64,000 nucleotides of DNA, taken from Ranitomeya imitator (Eukaryota). Numbering within the stretch: position 1 is the stretch's first letter; each line of letters begins with the position of its first letter. The translations under genes and the position numbers were made by a program. Positions 36,939 through 49,592 of the stretch are shown piece after piece. Location of the stretch: NCBI RefSeq assembly GCF_032444005.1, contig NC_091291.1:18476001-18540000 (forward strand), in the 5' to 3' direction. The notes under the pieces were generated by a model. That model saw only the letters and a program-made list of their open reading frames with translations, was not told the DNA's origin and searched no databases.

Positions 36939-39900
36939 TATTTAGGGCTAGGATATATTTTTGAATTTTCCTTCCAGTATTTTTTTTTCATATGGTTCCA
37001 CTGTTTGGCTATCCTTTGTGTGTGTCCTGATTGGAATACAATATTTGTGGTATAGTGCACAATGATTGAATATAAATAATTGTCACTACATGTGGATTCA
37101 CGTTAAATTTGCATGGTTGGAATCATCATCTACTGTATGGTTCTGACCTTGCTTGTCATTATTTTATTATTTTTGGTTTCTCAGGAGCCAACTACATTCC
37201 ATTTCAGTTTTTTTATTGAGTTTTTCTATTTAGTTATTTTTTGGATATTTCACAGCCTCAGCAGATATTGGTCATCACACATCTAGTGTTTTCTTGAAGT
37301 AGGGCATGTTTCACTATTTATTGCATGTGAATTATTCATCTGCCATATATTTACCAGCATCGCATATTTCAAGCATTTATTGTTCATGGTTTGGGAACTA
37401 GGAGCTATGAAGTAAATCTCTTTATTTATTAGGAGTTCAGAATCAGGGGTCCCCATTTGCATTTTTCATCAAAAGTATTTCTCATTAATTATTAGCCAGC
37501 GCATTGGAGGAGGTTATCTTGGTCCTCACATGGACCTCCAGTGGGTTTTCCATTGCCTAACTTTGGCCTTTTTCAAGTGTTTTTAATTGACGTTGTCTTT
37601 GTCTGGTGTTGTTTTTGGTACATAATAAAACTGATATTTTTGTATTATGAGACCTTGAGCGACTTATTTTTGCTGACCTAGTGGTTGATCGCGACTGTTA
37701 TACACACTGTATCTCTTTTAGTCTCATAACTGATGGGAAGAGTAGTCCCATCAACCGATGCCAGTGACCGGAGGTAAGCTTTATACTTCCGATCACAGCT
37801 ACGAGCTCATGCTGTCATTTGACAGCGTAGGAACTGCAGCTATCTGACCGGCAGTAATGATTTTAACGCTGATCAAAAGCAGTGTTTACTGCGCTGCTAT
37901 GCACATGACAGCATGGAAAACACTGGATTTTCGAACCCACCATTCAAGTGCATTGGGTCCGGGTCGAGTACTGTCCCAATGCCCGAACCCAAACTTTTTT
38001 TACTGTTTGGCTGAACCTGCCGGACCCAAACATCCAGGGGTGCACCCATCTCTAATTCTAATCTCTACAACTGTACTTTTGCCTTCTCCAGTGCCGCACT
38101 ATCCTACATATCCTCCCTCACCTCTATTCCAAGCATACCCATTCCTTCCATTGTCCTACATATCTTCCTTATCTCTGTCTACCACCCAACCTATCTTCTC
38201 CACAGTGCTGCACAGCCCTACATCTCCCTCATCTCTGTCTCAGATCTTACTCATCCTTTCTACTACCCTACATCTGCGTCTTATCTCTGTCTACCACCCT
38301 ACCTATCCTCTCCACAGTACTGTACCACCCTCCATCTCTTCATTCATCTCTGCCTCTATCAGATTACTCAATCTTTCCGCAGTGATGCACTTCCCTACAT
38401 CTCCACTTTTCTCTCTAGAACCCTTCTGAAACTTTTCATGGTTTTACTCAACCTTAAATCTTGTAGGCATCATTGTATTAGAAAGATGAGTTCTCTGCTC
38501 AATGATATCTGCGCATGCACCACCTATGGCGAAGACAATGACATTTTATATGCTGACCAACTGGGAATTCAATCTGTGCTCCCGCCACCCATGGCATTAA
38601 AGACGCTGGAGCAAGATTTGAATCAGAAGAGGCAGGGCAATGAAGAAGCAGTCACCTGCCATTCAAGGACGGAGTTAGGTGGAGGGTAGGGGAATCACAG
38701 ACACTGAGGAGAAGATCCAGCGCACTGTCCAGCCCCTGTGCACCAAAGTCCAATTAGCAGAAATCTTCAAATTATGAAAAAAAAGAATAACAAAGTGGAT
38801 TTCTTCCCCAAACATACCAATTTAATGAGTATTACAGCGCCATTACTGCCATATCATTATTATACACTATAAAATTGTGCTGACATGATCTCTTAAAGTT
38901 AATTAGCATCAATTAACACAGCAAAACAGGGCTGAGCAAGAAAGAGACCATGCATTTATTTTCTTCTACGTGATAGGAGACATGCATGCATTTTACCACT
39001 ACAATTATGGATCGTTTATACACAAGCTTCTTGTGTCCCTCACTTCCGTGTAGCCTTGTTATTGCATGGCTTCTTTAGTGTGTAGCATCTTTCCACTATC
39101 TTAGGCACTAGAGTTGAGCTAATATGTTTCGACACAATCGCCAAATCCAAATTTGCCATATTCGTGCCATTTTTGTACCCTATTTAAGCCGAATTTATGC
39201 TTGACGATTGGTTCCGAACAACTCGCTCAACTCCAGTCCCAATGACTCTATTGACGGTCGACTGTCATTGAAAATACAACATTCTCCATCGATCGTAATC
39301 CGAACCAAATTTTACAAAATTCACTCAACTTTACTAGGCACACACCAGTTTTGTTCTTCTAAATTAACTTCATTCACTAGTGCCTGTTAGGCTGTCATCT
39401 CGGAAATTTCGCTAACGTTGCGTGGTCTCATGAGTTTTTGGCCTTGCTTAGTGAACGTTTTCTCCTCTATCCAGTGCTTACTTGCCGGGCAGAAGATTCT
39501 TCAGATCTTTGAGTTAGTCTTCTTTAGACGTAGGGTGTTTCTTCTTCAGACTGGCTACAGTTTATGCATCTTTACTTAAAGAGGTTGTCCACTACTTTAG
39601 CATTGATGACCTATCCTTGGGATTTCTAGCTCCCAAAAACTCAAGAAGTCCAGGCACAAGATTTTTGATACCTTTCAGAAACTCACAGTCTATGGGTTTC
39701 TGAGAAAACTGAACAGCGCTTGGATGCCATCTGTAAACAGTATGTTTACCATGGACTATTTAATGGGGGAAGCACCATCAGTTTTTTTTTTAAATCTGAG
39801 AAAATTTGATGAAAGTCTGACCAAACTCCAAAGGTAAAAACTGACCAAGAGAAAAAAAAAAGAGACAAAAATCATCACTTCACCAAAATGCTGCAAAGGA

Positions 39901-41083
39901 CGTATAAATTCTGAGATGATCGATGCTCGGTTCCTCAGGGGCAGTATCCACGAATAAGTGATGTCCTTTCTCACCTCACTGTCCTGTAGTTTTTCATTTT
40001 ATTCCATGTAATGAATAAAAGTTAGCACTTTTAATATTTTTCGGGGCCGGATTACAAACTTCTCACTTCACTTTGGTAAAAACTGACGCTAACTGAACTC
40101 TGATGACATCGATCGAAAACCCTGATGAAACCTGAACCGGTTTTTGCCTTCTTATAAAATTTCTGAATGAACCCTTAATAAATTCCTATTGCTGCCCTTT
40201 TATGCCGTGTTAATTGGTGCTGATTAACTTAATTGGCATGTAAAGTATGTGTTTTATGACTTCTTAATAATATTTCTTTTATCAAAAGTATTTGTCTACT
40301 GTCAACCCATTATGTGCTGCCCGCAGACTCCAGGAAATAAAAATATCAGGTAAGTAAATTGTATTATTTCAGTGGAGACGATTCTCCTAAATGTAAAACT
40401 GAGAGCCAGATCACCTCCATGGACCATCCATAGTGAGAAAGAATAATTAATGCCATTATGGCAGGACATATAATTAGTAGTGATGAGCGAGTATACTCGT
40501 TGCTTGGGTTTTCCCGAGCACGCTCGGGTGACCTCCGAGTATTTATGATTGCTCGGAGATTAAGTTTTCATCCCCTCAGTTGAATTTACAGCTACTAGCC
40601 TGCTTGATTACATGTGGGGATTCCCTAGCAACCAGGCAAACCCCACATGTACTCGGCCTGGCTAGTAGCCATAAATCATTCAGCTGCCATGATGAAAACT
40701 AAATCTCCGAGCAGTCATAAATACTCGGAGGTCATCCAAGCGTGCTCGGGAAAAAAAAGTCTCTTATGGTCCGGTGCATCTTATAGTCTGCAAAATATGG
40801 TAAATCAGTTTTTGTCTTTGAGTGATCTAAGTGGTCTAACCAGACGACCAAGAACCAAGGTTTCTACACTTTCTAGGTCATTCTAGTAGGCAAATTGTCA
40901 ATATCGACTCTTTAACGAGCCTTGTCATATGACTTAGGATAAAATCCACATCAGAATCTTAATTTGCAGACATGGTGTTTTTAGGATCGCTGCTTTCAAT
41001 AGGTGGCTCTAGAGTTCTACTCCTCTTCCTCTGTGAAGAGACAATTTCTATATTTATTTTCCCAGAGGAGCATACATGGCTTA

Positions 41084-41570
41084 GGCCTCTTTCACACTTC
41101 CGCCTTTTCAGATCGTCACAATCCGTTGATTTTTTTTTTAGCGATGGATTGTGACGGATGGCCATCCGTTTCATCCGTCGTAAAATAGCGTTCATTGTGA
41201 CGTTGTTTGCGCACGTCAGAAAATCGGTCAGCGACACATCCTGCGCTGCCCGTCGTCGGCTACAATGGAAGCCTATGGACGCAGGATCCCTCGCTGACCG
41301 TCAATCACAGGAATCCAGTGACGGATCCAGTTTTTTCCATCTGAGCATGCCCGGAAGGATTTTCAAGTCCGGGAAAAATCTCTCTTTCTCTCTCTCTCTC
41401 GTCCCCGAACATTTGATTTCCAGAAATTTGACAATTGACAAATCCGAACGATGCATCCGTCATTTCACAGGATCCATCGCACACGTTTTTCACTATTTTC
41501 ATGACGTCCGTCGATACGTCATTTCACTGCACGTCGATGGAAAAACAAAAACGGAAGTGTGAAAGTGGCC
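41084..41570. mobile_element. PIF/Harbinger-like MITE
   Basis: TIR GGCCTCTTTCACACTTCCG / CGGAAGTGTGAAAGTGGCC, flanked by TTA on both sides. Confidence 0.8.
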
Positions 41571-43464
41571 TTATAAGTCTCCTCACTCTGACATGCCAGG
41601 CTTGGCTTGTCACTCTCCACAAGGAGAAAGGTCACCCCTTATACCCTAGGTCAGTGCAACAAAGACATCTTTTTTATAAGACACAAAAATGAAGACATGT
41701 AAATTAACGTATATACTATTAAGAATATAATATAGTAATTCATCAATTGGATAAAATATTATGATAAGCTGGGGGACCCTTTAAAAACGTTTTCTTAAAC
41801 ATGACCTGTATGACAGGACAACATTGCCATGGGAAACATAAAAGGAATTAAAAAAAATATTTTCATGATGTATTTGAAGGAGGGTTCAACGTTTTGTACC
41901 CTGACTACTTGGTTGAACATAATGATGGGGGTGTCCACCCAGTACAGGGGGAAAGCTATCAAATTCTGCAAAAATCCCTCAATTTTTAAACTTTAACCCC
42001 TCTGTGACCTTAGACGTACTATCCCGTCGAGGTGCCCTGGGCTTATCTGACCCTGGACGGGATAGTACGTCATAGCCGATCGGCCGCGCTCACGGGGGGA
42101 GCGCGGCCGATCGCGGCCGGGTGTCAGCTGCTTATCGCAGCTGACATCCGGCACTATGTGCCAGGAGCGGTCACGGACCGCCCCCGGCACATTAACCCCT
42201 GGCACACTGCGATCAAAGATGATCGCGATGTGCCGGCGGTGCAGGGAAGCACCGCGCAGGGAGGGGGCTCCCTGCGGGCTTCCCTGAGCCCCCCGCAGCA
42301 ACGCGATGTGATCGCGTTGCTGCGAGGGTCTCCTCACCTCCCTCCCTGCTCGAGCCCCGGATCCAAGATGGCCGCGGATCCGGGTCCTGCAGGGAGGGAG
42401 GTGGCTTCACAGAGCCTGCTTAGAGCAGGCACTGTGAAGGCTGCAGCGCTGCATGTCAGATCAGTGATCTGACAGAGTGCTGTGCAAACTGTCAGATCAC
42501 TGATCTGTGATGTCCCCCCCTGGGACAAAGTAAAAAAGTAAAAAAAAATTTTTCCAAATGTGTAAAAAAAATAAAAAAAAATATTCCAAAATAATGAAAA
42601 AAAAAAAAAAATATTATTCCCATAAATACATTTCTTCATCTAAATAAAAAAAAAAAACCAATAAAAGTACACATATTTAGTATCGCCGCGTCCGTAACGA
42701 CCCGACCTATAAAACTGTCCCACTAGTTAACCCCTTCAGTAAACACCGTAAGAAAAAAAAAAAAAAAACGAGGCAAAAAACAACGCTTTATTATCATACC
42801 GCCGAACAAAAAGTGGAATAACACGCGATCAAAAGGACAGATATAAATAACCATGGTACCGCTGAAAGCGTCATATTGTCCCGCAAAAAAAGAGCCACCA
42901 TACAGCATCATCAGCAAAAAAATAAAAAAGTTATAGTCCTGAGAATAAAGCGATGCAAAAATAATTATTTTTTCTGTAAAATAGTTTTTATCGTATAAAA
43001 GCACCAAACCATAAAAAAATGATATAAATGAGGTATCGCTGTAATCGTACTGACCCGAAGAATAAAACTGATTTATCAATTTTACCAAACGCGGAACGGT
43101 ATAAACGCCTCCCCCAATAGAAATTCATGAATAGCTGGCTTTTGGTCATTCTTCCTCACAAAAATCGGAATAAAAAGCGATAAAAAAATGTCACGTGCCC
43201 AAAAATGTTTTCAATAAAAACGTCAACTCGTCCCGCAAAAAACAAGACCTCACATGACTCTGTGGACCAAAATATGGAAAAATTATAGCTCTCAAAATGT
43301 GGTATTGCAAAAAATATTTTTTGCAATAAAAAGGGTCTTTCAGTGTGTGACGGCTGCCAATCATAAAAATCCGCTAAAAAACTCGCTATAAAAGTAAATC
43401 AAACCCCCCTTCATCACCCCCTTAGTTAGGGAAAAATAAAAAAAAATGTATTTATTTCCATTTT

Positions 43465-43688
43465 NNNNNNNNNNNNNNNNNNNNNNNNNNNNNNNNNNNN
43501 NNNNNNNNNNNNNNNNNNNNNNNNNNNNNNNNNNNNNNNNNNNNNNNNNNNNNNNNNNNNNNNNNNNNNNNNNNNNNNNNNNNNNNNNNNNNNNNNNNNN
43601 NNNNNNNNNNNNNNNNNNNNNNNNNNNNNNNNNNNNNNNNNNNNNNNNNNNNNNNNNNNNNNNNNNNNNNNNNNNNNNNNNNNNNNNN
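43465..43688. other. Assembly gap (224 N)
   Basis: Run of N. Confidence 1.
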
Positions 43689-43840
43689 AGTTAGGGTTGG
43701 GGCTAAAGTTAGGGTTAGGGTTTAGATTACATTTACAGTTGGGAATAGGGTTGGGATTAGGGTTAGGGGTGTGTCAGGGTTAGAGGTGTGGTTAGGGTTA
43801 CCGTTGGAATTAGGGTTAGGGGAGTGTTTGGATTAGGGTT
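43689..43840 (+). repeat. Degenerate TTAGGG-rich tract
   Basis: Several GTTAGGGTT/ATTAGGGTT motifs immediately after the gap. Confidence 0.7.
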
Positions 43841-44993
43841 TCAGTTAGAATTGGGGGTTTCCACTGTTTCGGCACATCAGGGGCTCTCCAAACACGACAT
43901 GGCGTCCGATCTCAATTCCAGCCAATTCTGCGTTGAAAAAGTAAAACAGTGCTCCTTCCCTTCCGAGCTCTCCTGTGTGCCCAAACAGGGGTTTACCCCA
44001 ACATATGGGGTATCAGCGTACTCAGGACAAATTGGACAACAACTTTTGTGGACCAAAATCTCCTGTTACCCTTGGGAAAATACAAAACTGGGGGCTAAAA
44101 AATAATTTTTGTGGGAAAACAAAAGGATTTTTTATTTTCACGGCTCTGCGTTATAAACTGTAGTGAAACACTTGGGGGTTCAAAGTTCTCACAACACATC
44201 TAGATAAGTTCATTGAGGGGTCTAGTTTCCAATATGGGGTCACTTGTGGGGGGTTTCTACTGTTTAGGTACATTAGGGGCTCTGCAAACGCAATGTGACG
44301 CCTGCAGACCAATCCATCTAAGTCTGCATTCCAAATGATGCTCCTTCCCTTCCGAGCCCTCCCATGCGCCCAAACGGTGGTTCCCGCCCACATATCGGGT
44401 ATCAGCGTACTCAGGACAAATTGGACAACAACATTTAGGGTCCAATTTCTCCTGCTAACCTTGGAAAAATACAAAACTGGGGGCTAAAATATAATTTTTG
44501 TGGAAAAAAAAATATTTTTTATTTGCATGGCTCTGCGTTATAAACTGTAGTGAAATACTTGGGGGTTCAAAGCTCTCACAACACATCAAGATGAGTTCCT
44601 TAGGGGGTCTACTTTCCAAAATGGTGTCACTTGTGGGGGGTTTCTACTGTTTAGGTACATTAGGGGCTCTGCAAACGCAATGTGACGCCTGCAGACCATT
44701 CCATCTAAGTCTGCATTCCAAATGGCGCTCCTTCCCTTCCGAACCCTCCCATGCGCCCAAACGGTGGTTCCCCCCCACATATGGGGTATCAGCGTACTCA
44801 GGACAAATTGGACAACAACTTTTGGGGTCCAATTTCTCCTGTTACCCTAGGGAAAATACAAAACTGGGGGCTAAAAAATAATTTTTGTGGGAAAAAAATT
44901 TTGTTTTATTTTTATGGCTCTGCATTATAAACTTCTGTGAAGCCCTTGGTGGGTCAAAGTGCTCACCACACATCCAGATAAGTTCCTTAGGGG

Positions 44994-46657
44994 CAGGGCC
45001 GGCTCCAGGTTTTTGAGGGCCCCGGGCGAACGAGTCTCAGTGGGCCCCCCAACCCCCCCTTTAACACATTTATACCACGATTCATGATGCACAGATAAGA
45101 TATAACGCACAGCCGGTGAGTCTGTGACGCAGTATATAACACACAGCCGCGAGCCCACACAGTATATAACACACAGCCCACTAGTATATATATGTGCACA
45201 GATGTGACTTTCAGTTCACGATTTAAATCTGTTACAAAAAAAAACAAAAAATGAAAGCTGCAGACTGTACGAGTATCACAGGTGGCTGAATACATTAGAT
45301 TCACATTTACTTAGTCATAATAGGTCAAATCAGGCTGACCATGTAATATGTATGGATGCCTTTCCATTTGCTCCCAACTTATGATGTTGGGGAAGAGAAG
45401 AATCGGACATGTTGAATTTTAATGTGTGATCCTTTTGTTCTCCTAGAAGATACACATTTGGCAGAAGTGTCTAGCAGCAGGAGCATACTCCTTTATCCTG
45501 AGTGTGCATGTGTATGCAGTGGTTGGGAGAGCTGGAGCAGATATGCATAGTCTTCAAGTTCCCCCACAGTTATTCATTACTACAGCCCCTGCCTGTACTT
45601 AGTTACATGGTCAATACTGAACTGCCTGAGGAGCTTTTCCGTCTCACACATTTGGGTGGCCAGTGACTTCTGCTCATCTATATCGCAATTCCTTATTTTT
45701 CCTCATCTTTTAACCTCACCGAAGACGATTCACTGACAGTCACGACGACACACTCATAATCAGTGCAGGGTAATAATCAGTGCAGGGTAACAATCAGTGC
45801 AGGGTAATAATTAGTGCCATGTCTTATGTCTAGTAACAATCAGTGCAGGGTAACAATCAGTGCAGGGTAACAATCAGTGCAGGGTAATAATCAGTGCAGG
45901 GTAATAATCAGTGCAGGGTAATAATCAGTGCAGGGTAATAATCAGTGCAGGGTAATAATCAGTGCAGGGTAATAATCAGTGCAGGGTAATAATCAGTGCA
46001 GGGTAATAATTAGTGCCATGTCTTATGTCTAGTAACAATCAGTGCAGGGTAACAATCAGTGCAGGGTAATAATCAGTGCTATAGTAGTCATCAGTGCTGA
46101 CTCACTGCTTCGCCGGCCCCCTCGTTGTGGACACAGCAGGAGAGGAGAGGGTGCACTGTCCTCACCTCACTGCAGGCTGCAGCTGCTGCTCCTGAGTCCT
46201 GCCGGTCCGGATCTGTCCTCTCCTGTGCTGGCCTGGATTATCTGGATGGTGGACGCATAGATTCTGACTGCCTGGAATGGGAAGAGGGAAGGCTTCAGCG
46301 GCGCGGTCCAACTCCGAACGGCTCTCTCTGTCTCTGTCCTCTCCTTGCCCGCCGACCGGATGTACTGACAGGAGAAGAGATGACCCAGCATCGCGACCCG
46401 GAAGTGTCTTCTGTATCCATGGTGACGGCCGGCAGAGGTGAGTATTGCTGCTATTGCAGCTGCGCAGCGCCAGGCGCCAGCGAAATGGCCTCAGACACAG
46501 CTGACTGTGCCCCCTGCAGCCAAGGCGCCGCCAGGCGACGTGTGGACAGTGGATGGATGTAGCGAGTGACGCGCGCTGGCGGCTGACGTGTGGGCCCCCC
46601 CGTCTTGCCAGGGCCCCGGCATTTGCCCGGGTGCGCCGGGTGCTGACGCCGGCCCTG
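44994..46657. mobile_element. Non-autonomous hAT-like element nested in the tandem array
   Basis: TIR CAGGGCCGGC/GCCGGCCCTG, 8-bp TSD CTTAGGGG (44986-44993 and 46658-46665), and an internal 17-bp tandem repeat AATCAGTGCAGGGTAAT (about 45765-46080). Confidence 0.88.
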
Positions 46658-48510
46658 CTTAGGGGGTCTACTTTCCAAAATGGTGTCACTTGTGGGGGGT
46701 TTCAATGTTTAGGCACATCAGTGGCTCTCCAAACGCAACATGGCGTCCCATCTCAATTCCTGTCAATTTTGCATTGAAAAGTCAAACGGCGCTCCTTCCC
46801 TTCCGAGCTCTCCCATGAGCCCAAACAGTGGTTTACTGCCACATATGGGGTATCAGCGCACTCGGGACAAATTGGACAACAACTTTTGAGGTCCAATTTC
46901 TTCTCTTACCCTTGGAAAAATAAAAAATTGGGGGCAAAAATATAATTTTTGTGAAAAAATATGATTTTTTATTTTTACGGTTCTGCATTATAAACTTCTG
47001 TGAAGCACTTGGTGGGTCAAAGTGCTCACCACACCTCTAGATAAGTTCCTTAGGGGGTCTACTTTCCAAAATGGTGTCACTTGTGGGGGGTTTCAATGTT
47101 TAGGCACATCAGTGGCTCTCCAAACGCAACATGGCGTCCCATCTCAATTTCTGTCAATTTTGCATTGAAAAGTCAAACTGCGCTCCTTCCCTTCCCAGCT
47201 CTCCCATGCGCCCAAACAGTGGTTTACTGCCACATATGGGGTATCAGCGTACTCAGGACAAATTGGACAACAACTTTTGAGGTCCAATTTCTTCTCTTAC
47301 CCTTGGAAAAATAAAAAATTGGGGGCAAAAATATAATTTTTGTGAAAAAATATGATTTTTTATTTTTACGGTTCTGCATTATAAACTTCTGTGAAGCACT
47401 TGGTGGGTCAAAGTGCTCACCACACATCCAGATAAGTTCCTTAGGGGGTCTACTTTCCAAAATGGTGTCACTTGTGGGGGGTTTCAATGTTTAGGCACAT
47501 CAGTGGCTCTCCAAACGCAACATGGCGTCCCATCTCAATTCCTGTCAATTTTGCATTGAAAAGTCAAATAGCGCTCCTTCCCTTCCGAGCTCTCCCATGC
47601 GCCCAAACAGTGGTTTACTGCCACATATGGGGTATCAGCGTACTCAGGACAAATTGGACAACAACTTTTTGGGTCCAATTTCTCCTGTTACCCTTGGTAA
47701 AATAAAACAAATTGGAGCTGAAGTAAATTTTTTGTGGAAAAAAGTTAAATGTTCATTTTTATTTAAACATTCCAAAAATTCCTATTAAACACCTGAAGGG
47801 TTAATAAACTTCTTGAATGTGGTTTTGAGCACCTTGAGGGGTGCAGTTTTTAGAATGGTGTCACACTTGGGCATTTTCTATCATATAGACCCCTCAAAAT
47901 GACTTCAAATGAGACGTGGTCCCTAAAAAAAAATGGTGTTGTAAAAATGAGAAATTGCTGGTCAACTTTTAACCCTTATAACTCCCTAACAAAAAAAAAA
48001 ATTGGTTCCAAAATTATGCTGATGTAAAGGAGACATGTGGGAAATGTTACTTATTAAGTATTTTGTGTGACATATCTCTGTGATTTAATTGCATAAAAAT
48101 TCAAAGTTTGAAAATTGCGAAATTTTCAAAATTTTCGCCAAATTTCCGTTTTTTTCACAAATAAACGCAGGTACTATCAAAGAAATTTTACCACTATCAT
48201 GAAGTACAATATGTCACGAGAAAACAATGTCAGAATCACCAGGATCCGTTGAAGCGTTTCGGAGTTATAACCTCATAAAGGGACAGTGGTCAGAATTGTA
48301 AAAATTGGCCTGGTCATTAACGTGCAAACCACCCTTGGGGGTAAAGGGGTTAATATGTAAATTTAAAAATTAATAATTTGCTTTATATTTCATTGCAATA
48401 TTAAATGAATGGAAGATTTACAAATAATAAATCAGGAAAAGTAAAAAAATAAATCTAACAGTCTCAAATAAAAAAAAAAAATCAAAATTATTTTTTTCTC
48501 CAAAAACTAA

Positions 48511-48516
48511 TTTATT
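48511..48516 (-). promoter_or_regulatory. Candidate polyadenylation signal of gene C
   Basis: AATAAA on the minus strand, about 52 nt after the tentative stop at 48569. Confidence 0.4.
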
Positions 48517-48568
48517 TTTCACACTGGAACATATCTGTGAAGATCTTCATTATCTCCCCTTCAGGTCT

Positions 48569-48740
48569 TCAATTTTTGCCCTCGTTGTTCTGTAAAAAAA
48601 GACAAAAATAATAAAATATAGTAATGTCCAAAAAGTAACGTAAGATCATGAACTAATTGGAAACGGAAAAAAAAGTGGCTGTAGCAGAGCTATTTTATAA
48701 GTATTTAATTGCCATCCATATAACATATTTATAAGTATGT

Positions 48741-48784
<44 letters not shown>

Positions 48785-49053
48785 AATATCTGCATGATAG
48801 CAGTACTAATAATAGTTTGATCATACATTTATTTTTAACTATTATTTATATTATAATAATTTTATATAATACTTCAACTAACAATAATAATACGTATTAT
48901 TATTATTAAATTTAGTTTACTATTATTATTATTATTATCTATATAATAATAGTTCAAGCATACATTTATTTTACATTTTTATTTAATATATTAATAAGTA
49001 TGACATTTTATAAGTATTTAATTGCCATCCATATAACATATTTATAAGTATGT

Positions 49054-49096
<43 letters not shown>

Positions 49097-49555
49097 CTGC
49101 ATAATAGCAGTACTAATAATAGTTTGATCATACATTTATTTTTAACTATTATTTATGTTATAATAATTTTATATAATACTACTTCTACTACTAACAACAA
49201 CGATAATAATAATTATTATTACATTTAATTTATTATTATTATCATCTATATAATAATAGTTCAATCATACATTTATTTTACATTTTTATTTAATATATTA
49301 AGAAATATGTTATTTTATAAGTATTTAATTAGCACCCATATAACATATTTATAAGTGTATTTTTATTATTATTGCTATTATTATTATTATTATTTTATAT
49401 TACTCTGTACATCATATTAGTTCTGGTTTTCAACCCTCCCCCACCCTTCAGATTTGATTGTGCAGCATTGATTTTTTTTTTTCATGTGTTGGAATATTAA
49501 ACCTTAACTGAAGGTATCAAAACCTATAAAAGTAACAGGTTTATGCCCAAATTTA

Positions 49556-49592
<37 letters not shown>

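Larger units (their letters stand above)
41997..48349. mobile_element. Large non-autonomous TTAA-type (piggyBac-like) composite with internal ~390-bp tandem repeats
   Basis: TTAA-CCCC start and GGGG-TTAA end. The unit marked by GGGGTCTACTTTCCAAAATGG recurs at about 44217, 44604, 46665, 47054 and 47446. The two termini are otherwise dissimilar, so this may be two joined elements. Confidence 0.55.

Noticed and set aside
38438-38689. 83-aa plus-strand ORF with several Cys
   Set aside because: No LU spacing, signal peptide or recognisable family, and its length is compatible with chance.
41993-42639. GC-rich ORFs suggesting a CpG-island gene (also 46042-46777)
   Set aside because: They lie inside non-autonomous transposon arms, with no recognisable domain or splice structure.
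43689-43840. Possible true telomere or chromosome fusion site
   Set aside because: The repeats are short, degenerate and embedded in a transposon-like composite, with no head-to-head TTAGGG/CCCTAA junction.
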